This document shows positions 18,151 to 27,298 of a stretch of 64,000 bases of DNA, piece by piece. How positions within the stretch are numbered: the stretch's first letter is position 1; the number at the start of each line of letters is the position of its first letter. Made by a program: the position numbers and the translations under genes. This stretch comes from Deltaproteobacteria bacterium (lineage in GTDB: Bacteria > Myxococcota_A > Polyangia > Fen-1088). Location: contig JANRKS010000002.1 of NCBI GenBank assembly GCA_033763315.1, positions 480,001-544,000 of the forward strand. Reading direction: 5' to 3'. The notes beneath the pieces were generated by a model that was not told the origin of the DNA, did no database searches, and worked only from the letters and a program-made list of their open reading frames with translations.

Positions 18151-19599
18151 ATGCGCGTGTCGTCTTTGCTGATTGCCTGTAGCTTGATCGCCTGCGGCGC
18201 GGGCCCATTTGCGGCGCCGAATCCTGAGCCCAAGGCCGAACAAGCCGCGTCCTTCGTGTCTGATCTCACGCCGAAGTTGGACCTTCTGTTTGTGGTCGAT
18301 AATTCAGGCTCGATGGAAAGTGAGCAAAAGAGCCTTCGCCAAGAGTTCAAACACATGATGGAAGCGTTTGAGCAGCGTGCAGGCGTTGCCGACTTGCACG
18401 TCGCCGTTGTGTCCACAGACGTGGGCGCGGGGAACATTCCTTTGAGCAACGGCGCATGTTCCATGTCACGTTTGGGCGGCACACGCACCGGTGGGGATCG
18501 CGGCGAGTTGCAAGCGCCAAGCCATTGTGGCGTGCGCGATGGGGCTCGCTTTCTTGCTTCGCAGCCCGGGGGCAAAACAAATTTCGTGGGCCGTCTGCCT
18601 GATGTGTTTTCATGCATCGCCGATCTTGGCACGGCGGGGTGTGGTTTTGAGCACTCGTTGCTTGCGGCGCGCTTGGCTTTAGACGAAGCGCAGACAAAGA
18701 CGAACGTCGGCTTTCTGCGCAAAGACGCCGCGTTGGGAATCGTGTTCGTCACCGATGAAGACGATTGTTCTGCGCCCCCCGACTCGGGGTTGTTCTCGGA
18801 TCAATCGTTTTCGAGCCAGGAGCCAAGTTTGAGGTGTGCGCTCAAAGGGCACGTTTGCCGGGGCATGCCACTTTTGGCAACGCCGCAAAACTTTTCCCTG
18901 TCCGATTGCGCGGCGAGTGACGACGGCGGCGGCGCGCTTTACCCGGTGCAGAAATTCGTCGACTACGTGAAGGGGCTTAAGGCTGATCCAAATCGTATCT
19001 TTGTCTCCGCGATAGCCGGTTGGCCCGAAACCGCAGCGCCTGCAACCTACGGATTTGCACCAGCGAAAAAGGATAGCCTGGATCTGAAGCCCGTTTGCGT
19101 TTCGACGCGCGTGGGTACCCCCGAAGGCGATAAAGATACGGCGTTTCCAGCTTTGCGCATCAAGCGTTTCATCGATGCTTTCGGAGACGCTGGCCACATC
19201 GAAAGCATCTGCCAAAGCGATCTGCGGCAAGCTCTGGCCACGATTGGTGGCTTCGCTGCAGGCTTCGTGGGAAACCGCTGCGTGAACGCCCCCTTGGCAG
19301 ACACCGACGACGCCATACCGGGCGTTCAGCCGTTCTGTGAGATCTTTGAAGTGTCAAAGGCTGAGGATGGCCAGTCCGTTTCCGATCGGGTCGTCAAGTG
19401 CACCGCTTCATCGGCCAAGCCGTGCTGGCGGTACGTCACAGAGATCGATGGTAAAGCCGCCTGCGCACAAGGGCAGGGCGCGATCGAGATCGAACGTACT
19501 TCACCTCCGCATGCCGGCGCCATGTTGGACGTGCGGTGCGAGGCGTGTGTGGAGCAGAACCCCCACTGCAAATCCACGTCGCCCGCACCGCTGCCGTAA
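18151..19599 (+). CDS. Cys-rich vWA-domain lipoprotein (myxobacterial CglB-like family)
   Basis: Lipobox LIA-C, MIDAS DLLFVVDNSGSM, VAVVSTD, GCGFE, FLRKDA.LGIVFVTDEDDCS. Confidence 0.85.
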   Translation: MRVSSLLIACSLIACGAGPFAAPNPEPKAEQAASFVSDLTPKLDLLFVVDNSGSMESEQKSLRQEFKHMMEAFEQRAGVADLHVAVVSTDVGAGNIPLSNGACSMSRLGGTRTGGDRGELQAPSHCGVRDGARFLASQPGGKTNFVGRLPDVFSCIADLGTAGCGFEHSLLAARLALDEAQTKTNVGFLRKDAALGIVFVTDEDDCSAPPDSGLFSDQSFSSQEPSLRCALKGHVCRGMPLLATPQNFSLSDCAASDDGGGALYPVQKFVDYVKGLKADPNRIFVSAIAGWPETAAPATYGFAPAKKDSLDLKPVCVSTRVGTPEGDKDTAFPALRIKRFIDAFGDAGHIESICQSDLRQALATIGGFAAGFVGNRCVNAPLADTDDAIPGVQPFCEIFEVSKAEDGQSVSDRVVKCTASSAKPCWRYVTEIDGKAACAQGQGAIEIERTSPPHAGAMLDVRCEACVEQNPHCKSTSPAPLP

Positions 19600-19633
19600 A
19601 TAACCTAGCTTTGCTTATCGCTGCGCGCGGCGC

Positions 19634-20839
19634 TCACGCAAGCTCGTCGAAGGCCACCAACGACATCTTCTTGAGCGCCTGCGCTGCCGCGGCCACACCG
19701 GCGCCTTCGGCCACTTTCACTTTCTGTTCGCGCAGCAGAACCTCCAACGCCGCTAACACCATCAAGATGTTGCGTTCGCTGGAAGAGGAACCCATTAATC
19801 CTATGCGCCAGGCCTGGCCTTTAAAAGGTCCGAGCCCTGCACCGATCTCGATGCCATAACGATCGAGAAGTTCTTTGCGCACGCGGGCCTCGTTCACGCC
19901 CGCGGGAACGCGCACGCAGTTGAGCGTGTAGAGGCTACGTTCGGGAATGTAAGTTAGACCCAAAGCTTCAAGGCCTTCGCGCAATGCGAGATGGTTACGT
20001 CGGTGTCGCGAAAACCGTTCAAGTAAGCCTTCTTCAAACACCACGCGCAAAGCCTCGTGAAGCGCATAAGTCATGTTGATGGGCGCCGTGTGATGGTAAG
20101 CGCGATCCGAGCCCCAATAGTTGCGGATCAGCGACATGTCGAGGTACCAGTTGGCCACCTTCGTTTTGCGCGCGTCCATGGCTGTAATCGCTTTATCGCT
20201 GAAAGTGACCGGTGCCAACCCGGGGGGGCACGACAAACACTTTTGCGTGCCGCTGTAGCAAGCGTCGATCTTCCAGTCATCCACGCGCACTTCCATGCCA
20301 CCCAACGAGGTGACGGCGTCGACCACAAACAACATACCCGCTTCACTGACAACGCGAGACAACTCTTCCATCGGTTGGTGCGCGCCTGTTGATGTCTCGG
20401 CGTGCACCACCGCGAAGATTTTTGCCGCTGGATAGGATTGCACCGCCGCGCGTGCCAGATCGATCGAAAGCGTTTCGCCCCATGTCACGTCGAGCGTATG
20501 CACGCGCGCGCCATAACGTTCGGCAACGTCCTTCATGCGTGCGCCAAACACCCCAGCCACGCACACGATGACCTCGTCCCCTGGTTCGATTAAGTTGGCC
20601 AGGCACGCTTCCATGCCCGCGCTGCCCGTGCCGGGCACCGCCAACGTCAGCGCATTGTCGGTATGGAAAAGGCGCTGCAGCATGAGGCGCACTTCGTCCA
20701 TGAGCTTGAGGTATTCGGGATCCAAGTGACCGATCGTGGGGGCGGCCAAGGCGCGCAGCACGCGTTGAGAAACGTCGCTGGGACCGGGGCCCATGAGGAT
20801 GCGTTGAGATGGCTGGAACGGGGCAGGGATGGTGCTCAT
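19634..20839 (-). CDS. Alanine-glyoxylate/serine-pyruvate aminotransferase (class V)
   Basis: LMGPGPS, HAETSTG, VDAVTSLGG, SGTQKCLSCPPG, YHHTAP, WRIGLMG; start ATG 20839. Confidence 0.92.
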   Translation of the reverse strand: MSTIPAPFQPSQRILMGPGPSDVSQRVLRALAAPTIGHLDPEYLKLMDEVRLMLQRLFHTDNALTLAVPGTGSAGMEACLANLIEPGDEVIVCVAGVFGARMKDVAERYGARVHTLDVTWGETLSIDLARAAVQSYPAAKIFAVVHAETSTGAHQPMEELSRVVSEAGMLFVVDAVTSLGGMEVRVDDWKIDACYSGTQKCLSCPPGLAPVTFSDKAITAMDARKTKVANWYLDMSLIRNYWGSDRAYHHTAPINMTYALHEALRVVFEEGLLERFSRHRRNHLALREGLEALGLTYIPERSLYTLNCVRVPAGVNEARVRKELLDRYGIEIGAGLGPFKGQAWRIGLMGSSSSERNILMVLAALEVLLREQKVKVAEGAGVAAAAQALKKMSLVAFDELA

Positions 20840-20959
20840 GTTGTGTGCCGGGTGAAGGGAGCAGGGCCGTGGGCTGCGCTGCCAGTGTAAACCAAGTTCA
20901 ATGTATCGGCTGGCCCGCCCCTTGGCCGTAGCCCCCGCGACCTGTGCTAGAAAGCGGCC

Positions 20960-22564
20960 ATGAAAAGGCTGGCATTTTTCCTGGCAAGCTTGGCAACGCT
21001 CGTGGCTTCCAGCGCGCACGCCGCCCGCCCCAAGCTGGTGGTGCTTTTGGTGGTGGATCAGATGCGAGCTGACTACATCGATTCTTATGGTGCCGCCTGG
21101 AAAGGGGGGCTTCACCGCCTGACCACACAAGGTGCTTACTTCACCAACGCCGCCTATCCATATTTGCAAACCATCACGTGTGCGGGTCACGCCACCGTCA
21201 GCACGGGCTCTTACCCCTACGCCCATGGAATGGTGCAAAACGCGTGGTTCGATCGTGCGTCGGGCAAAAGCGTCACGTGCACAGAAGACGCTGGCAAAAG
21301 TCTGATCAGCTATGGAACGCCGGTTCCAGGCGGCGACAGCGCACAGCGCCTGCTGGTGCCGTCGTTGGCCGACGAAATGCGCGCACAGCTTTTCCCCGCG
21401 CCCCGTGTGGTGACGTTGTCGCTCAAGGCGCGCAGTGCGATCATGATGGCGGGCCATGGCGGCACGTCCGTGGCGTGGACCGATGGCGGCGCTTTGGTCA
21501 CTTCGCGTGCCTTTGCTCAGGCGCCCGTGCCAGCGTTAACCGAATCGCTTAAACGGCTGCCAATCGCATGGGACAAGGTTCCTGCCTGGACGCCGCTGCT
21601 GCCGCCGAAGGCCTATGCGTTTGCGGACGATGCCCCGGAGGAGCACAGCCCATCGGGATGGACGCGCACGTTCCCTCACAAGCTGCAAGGCGCGAGCGTG
21701 GGTGAAACGATGGCGAATTGGACCCGCAGCCCCTATGCCGACGAGTACTTTGGCAACTTGGCGATCGAGATGGTGAAGGCCATGAAGCTAGGGCAGGGGC
21801 CCGGCGCCGACTTTCTGGGTGTGAGCTTTTCTGTTCTGGACTTGGTGGGGCACGCTTACGGTCCGCGCAGCCACGAGGTGCAAGATGTTTTGGCGCGGCT
21901 TGATGTGACGCTTGGGCATTTGTTGGCGGCGTTGGATCAAGCGGTTGGAAAAAACAATTACGTGGTGGCCTTGACCGCCGACCACGGCGTGAGCCCTTTG
22001 CCAGAACAGGTGACGCCCACGGGTGTGTCGGCCGGGCGTTTGCCCTTCGCGCGCTTGAAGGCCGACCTTGAGGCCGCCATCGCCAAAGAGGTGGGCGGGC
22101 AAAACAATGTGGCAGCCATGGTCTACACCGACCTTTATCTCGGCCGTGGTGTTTACGGCAAACTCGCGGCCAAACCAGGCGCCCTGGAACGCGTGTTGGC
22201 CGCCGTGCGCAAGGTGCCAGGCATTGCAGCCGCGTTTGCAGCCGATCAGTTGCTGACGCCAAAGCGGTCGGATGGTGAACTTCAATACGCCGCGCAACTT
22301 TCCTATCATCCCGAACGCAGCGGCGACATCGTGATCGTGCCCGCTCCCTATTGGATCGCCGCCGATGCAGGCACCACGCACGGCACGGCCAATGGATACG
22401 ATCAACGCGTTCCCATTATTTTCATGGGCGCGGGCATCAAGGCGGGCCGCCAAGCCCGCCGCGTGAGCCCCGCAGACATCGCCCCCAGCTTGGGACACAT
22501 CCTGGGCGTAACGCTGAGCCACGCGGATGGCGAAGTGTTGCCTGAACTGCAGGCCGCACACTAA
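20960..22564 (+). CDS. Alkaline phosphatase superfamily protein (PafA-like)
   Basis: Signal peptide, VVDQMRADY, TITCAGH (Thr nucleophile), DLVGH, TADHG, THG. Confidence 0.9.
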   Translation: MKRLAFFLASLATLVASSAHAARPKLVVLLVVDQMRADYIDSYGAAWKGGLHRLTTQGAYFTNAAYPYLQTITCAGHATVSTGSYPYAHGMVQNAWFDRASGKSVTCTEDAGKSLISYGTPVPGGDSAQRLLVPSLADEMRAQLFPAPRVVTLSLKARSAIMMAGHGGTSVAWTDGGALVTSRAFAQAPVPALTESLKRLPIAWDKVPAWTPLLPPKAYAFADDAPEEHSPSGWTRTFPHKLQGASVGETMANWTRSPYADEYFGNLAIEMVKAMKLGQGPGADFLGVSFSVLDLVGHAYGPRSHEVQDVLARLDVTLGHLLAALDQAVGKNNYVVALTADHGVSPLPEQVTPTGVSAGRLPFARLKADLEAAIAKEVGGQNNVAAMVYTDLYLGRGVYGKLAAKPGALERVLAAVRKVPGIAAAFAADQLLTPKRSDGELQYAAQLSYHPERSGDIVIVPAPYWIAADAGTTHGTANGYDQRVPIIFMGAGIKAGRQARRVSPADIAPSLGHILGVTLSHADGEVLPELQAAH

Positions 22565-22567
22565 GCG

Positions 22568-23725
22568 CTAACGTAAGACGAAGAAGCTGGCGACCACAGC
22601 CAGCGCCGCCCCCACAATCAGACCCAAGCCAACAAAGGCCAAGAGGCGTTTCGTAGAATGGCGGGACGAGTGGGGCGCGACGAGCACAGGCGGGGTGTGC
22701 GGCGGCTGCGTGCGTTCGCCCAAATGCGCGAGCGCCACGATGGTGTTGTCAGCGGTGGCCGAGCGAATCGCGGCGCGGGTCACGCGTGGCAAATCACCTT
22801 CTAAGCGCACCGCCGTTTGCGCGAGCGCAATGGCCGCCTCGTCGAGCGAGGGCCGCCGCTCCATATTCTTGTCCATCATGCGCTCGATGAACACGCGCAG
22901 ATCCTCGTCCACCCCCGCAACGAATTCGCGCGGATCAGGGATGGGCGCCGTCAGGTGCGCCCGCATAACTTCAACATACTTTTGAACTTCGGTGCCTTGT
23001 TTGCACCGAAACGGCGGCTTGCCCGTCAGCAAGTGAAATAACGTGCAGCCCAGCGAATAAACGTCCGCGCGTTCGTCCACTTCTTCACCGCGCGCTTGTT
23101 CGGGCGCGATGTAATCGGCCGTACCCACCACCATGCCTTTGCCAGTGAGGCTTTTGTCGGCGGCAACCGATTTTGCCAAACTAAAGTCGGTGACTTTGAC
23201 CGCCCCGCGCCCCGAGATGCCCAAGTTGGCGGGCTTAACGTCGCGGTGGATGATGCCGGCCTTGGCCGCCTCTGATAATGCGGCCGCCGCTTGGGCACCG
23301 ATCGTCGCTACAACGCCGCTGTCGAGCGGCCCACGCTCGTCTAACAGGCGCTGGCAGTCTCCGCCCTCTAGAAGCTCCATCGCAAAGTAGGGGCGGTCCG
23401 TGCCCGCAATCATGCCGGCCTCAAACACCGTGATCAGGTTCGGGTGCGTCAGGCGTGCCAAGGCGCGGGCCTCGCGCAAGAACCGCTCTTTGACCGTGGC
23501 GTTGTTAAGGTGCTTGCTGCCCAGGGTCTTAAGCGCCGTGTTGCGGCCCAACTGATCGTCAATGGCCAAAAACACCTCGCCCATCGACCCCAAGCCCAAT
23601 AGCTTCTCGATGCGGTACCGCCCCACCTGTTGCCCTGGCGCCAAAATGCCTGACAGGCCGGGAACACCTTGGGTGGCGGCGTCTTTGGACGGCGGTTTGC
23701 CGCCTGGGGTGGGATCTTGGCTCAC
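22568..23725 (-). CDS. Hanks-type Ser/Thr protein kinase with C-terminal TM anchor
   Basis: LGLGSMG, ALK, HRDVKPAN, DFS (for DFG), GTADYIAPE, DVYSLG; terminal hydrophobic helix. Confidence 0.93.
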   Translation of the reverse strand: MSQDPTPGGKPPSKDAATQGVPGLSGILAPGQQVGRYRIEKLLGLGSMGEVFLAIDDQLGRNTALKTLGSKHLNNATVKERFLREARALARLTHPNLITVFEAGMIAGTDRPYFAMELLEGGDCQRLLDERGPLDSGVVATIGAQAAAALSEAAKAGIIHRDVKPANLGISGRGAVKVTDFSLAKSVAADKSLTGKGMVVGTADYIAPEQARGEEVDERADVYSLGCTLFHLLTGKPPFRCKQGTEVQKYVEVMRAHLTAPIPDPREFVAGVDEDLRVFIERMMDKNMERRPSLDEAAIALAQTAVRLEGDLPRVTRAAIRSATADNTIVALAHLGERTQPPHTPPVLVAPHSSRHSTKRLLAFVGLGLIVGAALAVVASFFVLR

Positions 23726-25146
23726 TCGAAGGGCGCCTCGTTGTCGTCCACGTGGTTCTCAAACCGAGTGTACTCGCGAATGAAGGTCATAGGTATGGTC
23801 CCGGTGGCGCCGTTACGGTGCTTGGCCACGATCAATTCGGCTTTTCCTTTGTTTTCTGTATCGTCCGGGTTGAACACCTCTTCCCGGTGGATAAAACAAA
23901 TCATATCCGCGTCTTGCTCAATGGCGCCCGACTCGCGTAAGTCCGACATCATCGGCCGCTTGTCTTCGCGTTTTTCAACGCCACGGTTCAGCTGCGACAC
24001 GGCGATGATGGGGATGGCCAAGTCCTTGGCCAAAGCCTTGAGACCACGAGAGATTTCCGCAATTTCGCGCTCGCGGCTGTCGTCTTTTTTGCTGGTGCCC
24101 CGGCACAGCTGCAAATAGTCGATGACGATGAGGCCCAGCTGCCGGGGTGTGCGCCCGTTGGCGTCTGGCTTGGGGGTGGGAAACAGCCGCAGATCCCCGC
24201 GGAACCGGCGCCCCTTGGCCCGAACGTCCAAAATGCTGGGCGCCGCCCCGTCGTCGATGTGGATGGGCGCGGCCGCCAGGCGTCCCCCGGCGGGGTAAAT
24301 CTTGTTCTTCCAGTCGGCGTATTCGATGAAGCCCTTACGGATCTTGCCCTGATCGATGCGCGCTTCAGAAGCCAACATACGTTCCATCAACTCGAACTTC
24401 GACATTTCGAGCGAGAAGATAAGCACCGGCATTTGGTTGTTCAGCGCCGCGTTCACGCACACGTTGACGACCCACGATGTTTTTCCAACGCCTGGGCGGG
24501 CGGCCACAACGATCAAGTTGCCCGGTTGCAGACCAGCCGTCAGCTGATCGAACTTCTTAAAGCCCGTGGGAAGGCCTGTGACGTCTTTGCGTTCGGCAGC
24601 GCGGGCTTCGATGTTTTCCAACACCTCGGCCATGTGATCGCCCACCGCCGAGAAGCTCTCTTTGCGGTTCTGCTGTGCCACCTCGAAGATCTGTGACTCA
24701 GCCTGATCCAGAAACTCTTCGTAATCGCCGAACTCGCCAAACGCGCGCGATTGGATCTCCGCACAGGCGCCGATCAAACGGCGCAGCGTGGATTTCTCTT
24801 TCACGATGCGCACGTACTGCGAAACGTTCTCCGCCGTGGGCACGGCGTTGGCGAGCGCGATCAGATACGAAGGTCCGCCTTCGAGCCGCGCAAGCGCCCC
24901 GCGCGTCTTGAGTTCATCGCCCAACGAGATGACATCGATGGCTTGCCGCTTCTTATCGATGGTGAACATCGCATCGAAGATCTCGCGGTGCGCGGGAATG
25001 AAGAAATCGTCGGCTGAAAGGTTGGTGGCCACCTCGTCGAAACACTGCGGTTTCAACAACACGCAGCCCAACGCCGATTTTTCCGCCTCAACGTTGGCGG
25101 GCGGTTGGCGGTTGCTGACGATGGGGCCGAAAGACTGATCGTTCAT
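23722..25146 (-). CDS. dnaB: Replicative DNA helicase
   Basis: AARPGVGKT, FSLEM, IDYLQL, SQLNR, DLRESGAIEQDAD, KHRNG; start ATG 25146. Confidence 0.97.
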   Translation of the reverse strand: MNDQSFGPIVSNRQPPANVEAEKSALGCVLLKPQCFDEVATNLSADDFFIPAHREIFDAMFTIDKKRQAIDVISLGDELKTRGALARLEGGPSYLIALANAVPTAENVSQYVRIVKEKSTLRRLIGACAEIQSRAFGEFGDYEEFLDQAESQIFEVAQQNRKESFSAVGDHMAEVLENIEARAAERKDVTGLPTGFKKFDQLTAGLQPGNLIVVAARPGVGKTSWVVNVCVNAALNNQMPVLIFSLEMSKFELMERMLASEARIDQGKIRKGFIEYADWKNKIYPAGGRLAAAPIHIDDGAAPSILDVRAKGRRFRGDLRLFPTPKPDANGRTPRQLGLIVIDYLQLCRGTSKKDDSREREIAEISRGLKALAKDLAIPIIAVSQLNRGVEKREDKRPMMSDLRESGAIEQDADMICFIHREEVFNPDDTENKGKAELIVAKHRNGATGTIPMTFIREYTRFENHVDDNEAPFE

Positions 25147-25246
25147 GGGCGGGCTCGAAAATAGAAACGGCGGGAAGAGCTTACGCTCCGCCCGCCGCAT
25201 TATGGCCGATATCTGTATCGACCTGTGAGCAACCTAGCGTTGCTCG

Positions 25247-25696
25247 TTATTGATCTTGCTTCACAACCCAAACCTTGACTTTGGCATTGATGCCGCGGCC
25301 AAGCTTCACAGGCACTTCTGTCATGCCGAGCTGCTTGATGTGATCTGGCAGATCGATCTTCTTTGCGTCCACAGCGATGCCTTGCTTTTGGATGGCTTCC
25401 GCGATGTCGCGGCTGGTGACCGAGCCGTAAAGCCGATCGCCTTCGCCCACCGCGCGAGCGATCGTCACCGAGATGGACGAAAGCTTGGAGGCAGCGCCTT
25501 CCAAATCCTTGAGCAACTTCGCGTTTTGGGCGGCAATCACCCGACGCTCGTGCTCGATGCGTTTCACAGCGCCGTCTGTGGCGCTCAACGCCAGGCCACG
25601 TGGCAACAAGAAGTTGCGAGCGTAACCAGGTTTGACCGTCACAACATCCCCGGCGTTGCCGAGGTTATCAACGTTTTCTCTTAGAATGAGTCGCAT
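25247..25696 (-). CDS. rplI: 50S ribosomal protein L9
   Basis: LGNAGDVVTVKPGYARNFLLP, LYGSVT. Confidence 0.97.
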   Translation of the reverse strand: MRLILRENVDNLGNAGDVVTVKPGYARNFLLPRGLALSATDGAVKRIEHERRVIAAQNAKLLKDLEGAASKLSSISVTIARAVGEGDRLYGSVTSRDIAEAIQKQGIAVDAKKIDLPDHIKQLGMTEVPVKLGRGINAKVKVWVVKQDQ

Positions 25697-25709
25697 GGGT
25701 GCAAATCCC

Positions 25710-25973
25710 TTATGTGGAGGTTGCGCCGTAAGGCATCAAGGCGATCATGCGGGCGCGGCGAATGGCCAAAGCCACTTCACGTTGCCGACGTGCCGTAAGA
25801 CCCGTCAAGCGGCGCGGGATCAACTTGCCGCGTTCGGTGACGAATTGACGAAGCAGTTCAACGTCTTTGTAATCAACCCGGTAATCTGGATCGGTGTAAA
25901 CGGGGTGGCGTGAACGCTGGGGCCGTGGCTCCATGTCGCCATCGAAATTGTTTCGTTCGCGATCGAATGACAT
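25710..25973 (-). CDS. rpsR: 30S ribosomal protein S18 (Cys-free variant)
   Basis: [20 protein letters not shown]...[15 protein letters not shown]. Confidence 0.95.
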   Translation of the reverse strand: MSFDRERNNFDGDMEPRPQRSRHPVYTDPDYRVDYKDVELLRQFVTERGKLIPRRLTGLTARRQREVALAIRRARMIALMPYGATST

Positions 25974-25976
25974 AGC

Positions 25977-26492
25977 TTAGTTCTCCTCAACGTCGTCAGT
26001 GTCGTCCGACATATCGTCGTCATCATCATCGTCGTCATCAGCGGCAGATGATGCAGCAGAGGCGCGGTGACCCACGGCCAAGTCTTCCTCATCGGGAGGA
26101 GGCACAGAGGCGCTGGCGAAGGACTCGTCGGTGACCTCAGAGGTTTTGCCTGTGGGATCGACGTTCTCTTGCAACTTCACGGTGTAAAAGCGGATGACCG
26201 AGTCAGCGATCTTGAGGTTACGCTCAACTTCGTCAACCAAGCCGGCTTTGCCGAGGTAGCTCCAGAACAAGTACGTGCCCTTGAAGTGCTTCCGCACTTC
26301 GTAAGCCAAGCGGCGCTTGCCCCAGTTTTCAACTTTGAGCAATTGCCCGCCGTTGTTTTCGATCACGCCGCGGATCTTCTTATTGACCTCAGCGATCGTG
26401 GTTTCAGGTGCGTCGGGGCGCAGGATGTAGATCGTCTCGTATTCGCGGAGACGTCCGGGAATGTCCCGACTGGAAAGCAGTCTTTCAGCCAT
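25977..26492 (-). CDS. rpsF: 30S ribosomal protein S6 with long acidic C-terminal tail
   Basis: REYETIYILRPD, WGKRRLAY, VIRF; poly-Asp tail. Confidence 0.95.
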   Translation of the reverse strand: MAERLLSSRDIPGRLREYETIYILRPDAPETTIAEVNKKIRGVIENNGGQLLKVENWGKRRLAYEVRKHFKGTYLFWSYLGKAGLVDEVERNLKIADSVIRFYTVKLQENVDPTGKTSEVTDESFASASVPPPDEEDLAVGHRASAASSAADDDDDDDDDMSDDTDDVEEN

Positions 26493-26496
26493 GTGG

Positions 26497-26540
26497 TTCC
26501 TCGTGGGTTATGCCCGGGGACAAGCCCCGAACAAGGAGTG
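26497..26540 (-). promoter_or_regulatory. rpsF leader (S6:S18 autoregulatory RNA element)
   Basis: Minus strand ACUCCUUG-[UUCGGGG cuugu CCCCGGG]-CAUAA-CCCA-CGAGGA; UCCUUG pairs with the SD-containing CGAGGA, and a CCR motif precedes the SD as in known S6:S18 leaders. Confidence 0.65.
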
Positions 26541-26621
26541 GAAAGGGCCGTAAGCTAGGCGATCGGGCGGCGTCTGTCTCGCGCTTTTCGCGTCTTTTTG
26601 TGAAATCAGAGCCTTCGGCAG

Positions 26622-27200
26622 CTAAAGCGTGGTCAGATCTTTGCCGTTGAACCCGTTCATGGCGGGGGTCAGGCCCTTCCCCAAGATGGCCTCAACGGCG
26701 TCGGCGGCCCGGTCGATCACAGCCGGCAAATCCCTCTGTTCGGCGGGTGGAAAGCGACCCAAGACGTAGTCAGCCGGGTCTCGGCCGGGTGGGGGCCGGC
26801 CAATGCCCACCCGTACGCGCGGGAAATCCTTGGTTCCAAGGTGGGCGATGATGGACTTGAGGCCGTTGTGGCCGCCCGGGCCGCCGCTGGCCGCGAGCTT
26901 AAGGTACTTAAACGGCACGTCTAGTTCGTCGTGAACCACCAGCACCTGCGCCGGGAGAATCTTCCAAAACTGTGCCGTTCGTCCCACGGCCTGGCCCGAG
27001 AGGTTCATGAATTCCATGGGGCGAAGGAACACCACGCGGGTTCCGCCCATCGACGCATCGGTTGCCTCACCGCCCAACCTGGATTTGGGGGCCGATGCAC
27101 CAGCGCGACGACGCAATTCGGTCTCCACCGCAAATCCGATGTTGTGCCGCGTGCCCTCGTATTTGGAGCCCGGGTTCCCCAGGCCAACCACCAGCCACAT
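26622..27200 (-). CDS. pth: Peptidyl-tRNA hydrolase
   Basis: VGLGNPG, TRHNIGF, FMNLSG, VHDELD, GGHNGLKS, RVGIGRP. Confidence 0.97.
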   Translation of the reverse strand: MWLVVGLGNPGSKYEGTRHNIGFAVETELRRRAGASAPKSRLGGEATDASMGGTRVVFLRPMEFMNLSGQAVGRTAQFWKILPAQVLVVHDELDVPFKYLKLAASGGPGGHNGLKSIIAHLGTKDFPRVRVGIGRPPPGRDPADYVLGRFPPAEQRDLPAVIDRAADAVEAILGKGLTPAMNGFNGKDLTTL

Positions 27201-27229
27201 GCCAAAGTCCCTTTACGTGCCTAACCCAA

Positions 27230-27268
27230 TAAAAAACGGGGCCGCAGGTGTGGACCCGCAACCCCGTT
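27230..27268 (-). terminator. Rho-independent terminator after rplY
   Basis: Minus strand AACGGGGTTGCGGG-tccaca-CCTGCGGCCCCGTT followed by TTTTA. Confidence 0.75.
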
Positions 27269-27298
27269 GTGAACGTTCCGCGCGGCGGAAGGCTCGGC

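Noticed and set aside
24140-24200. Intein in DnaB
   Set aside because: Only a ~12-aa loop insertion, with no splice-junction residues.
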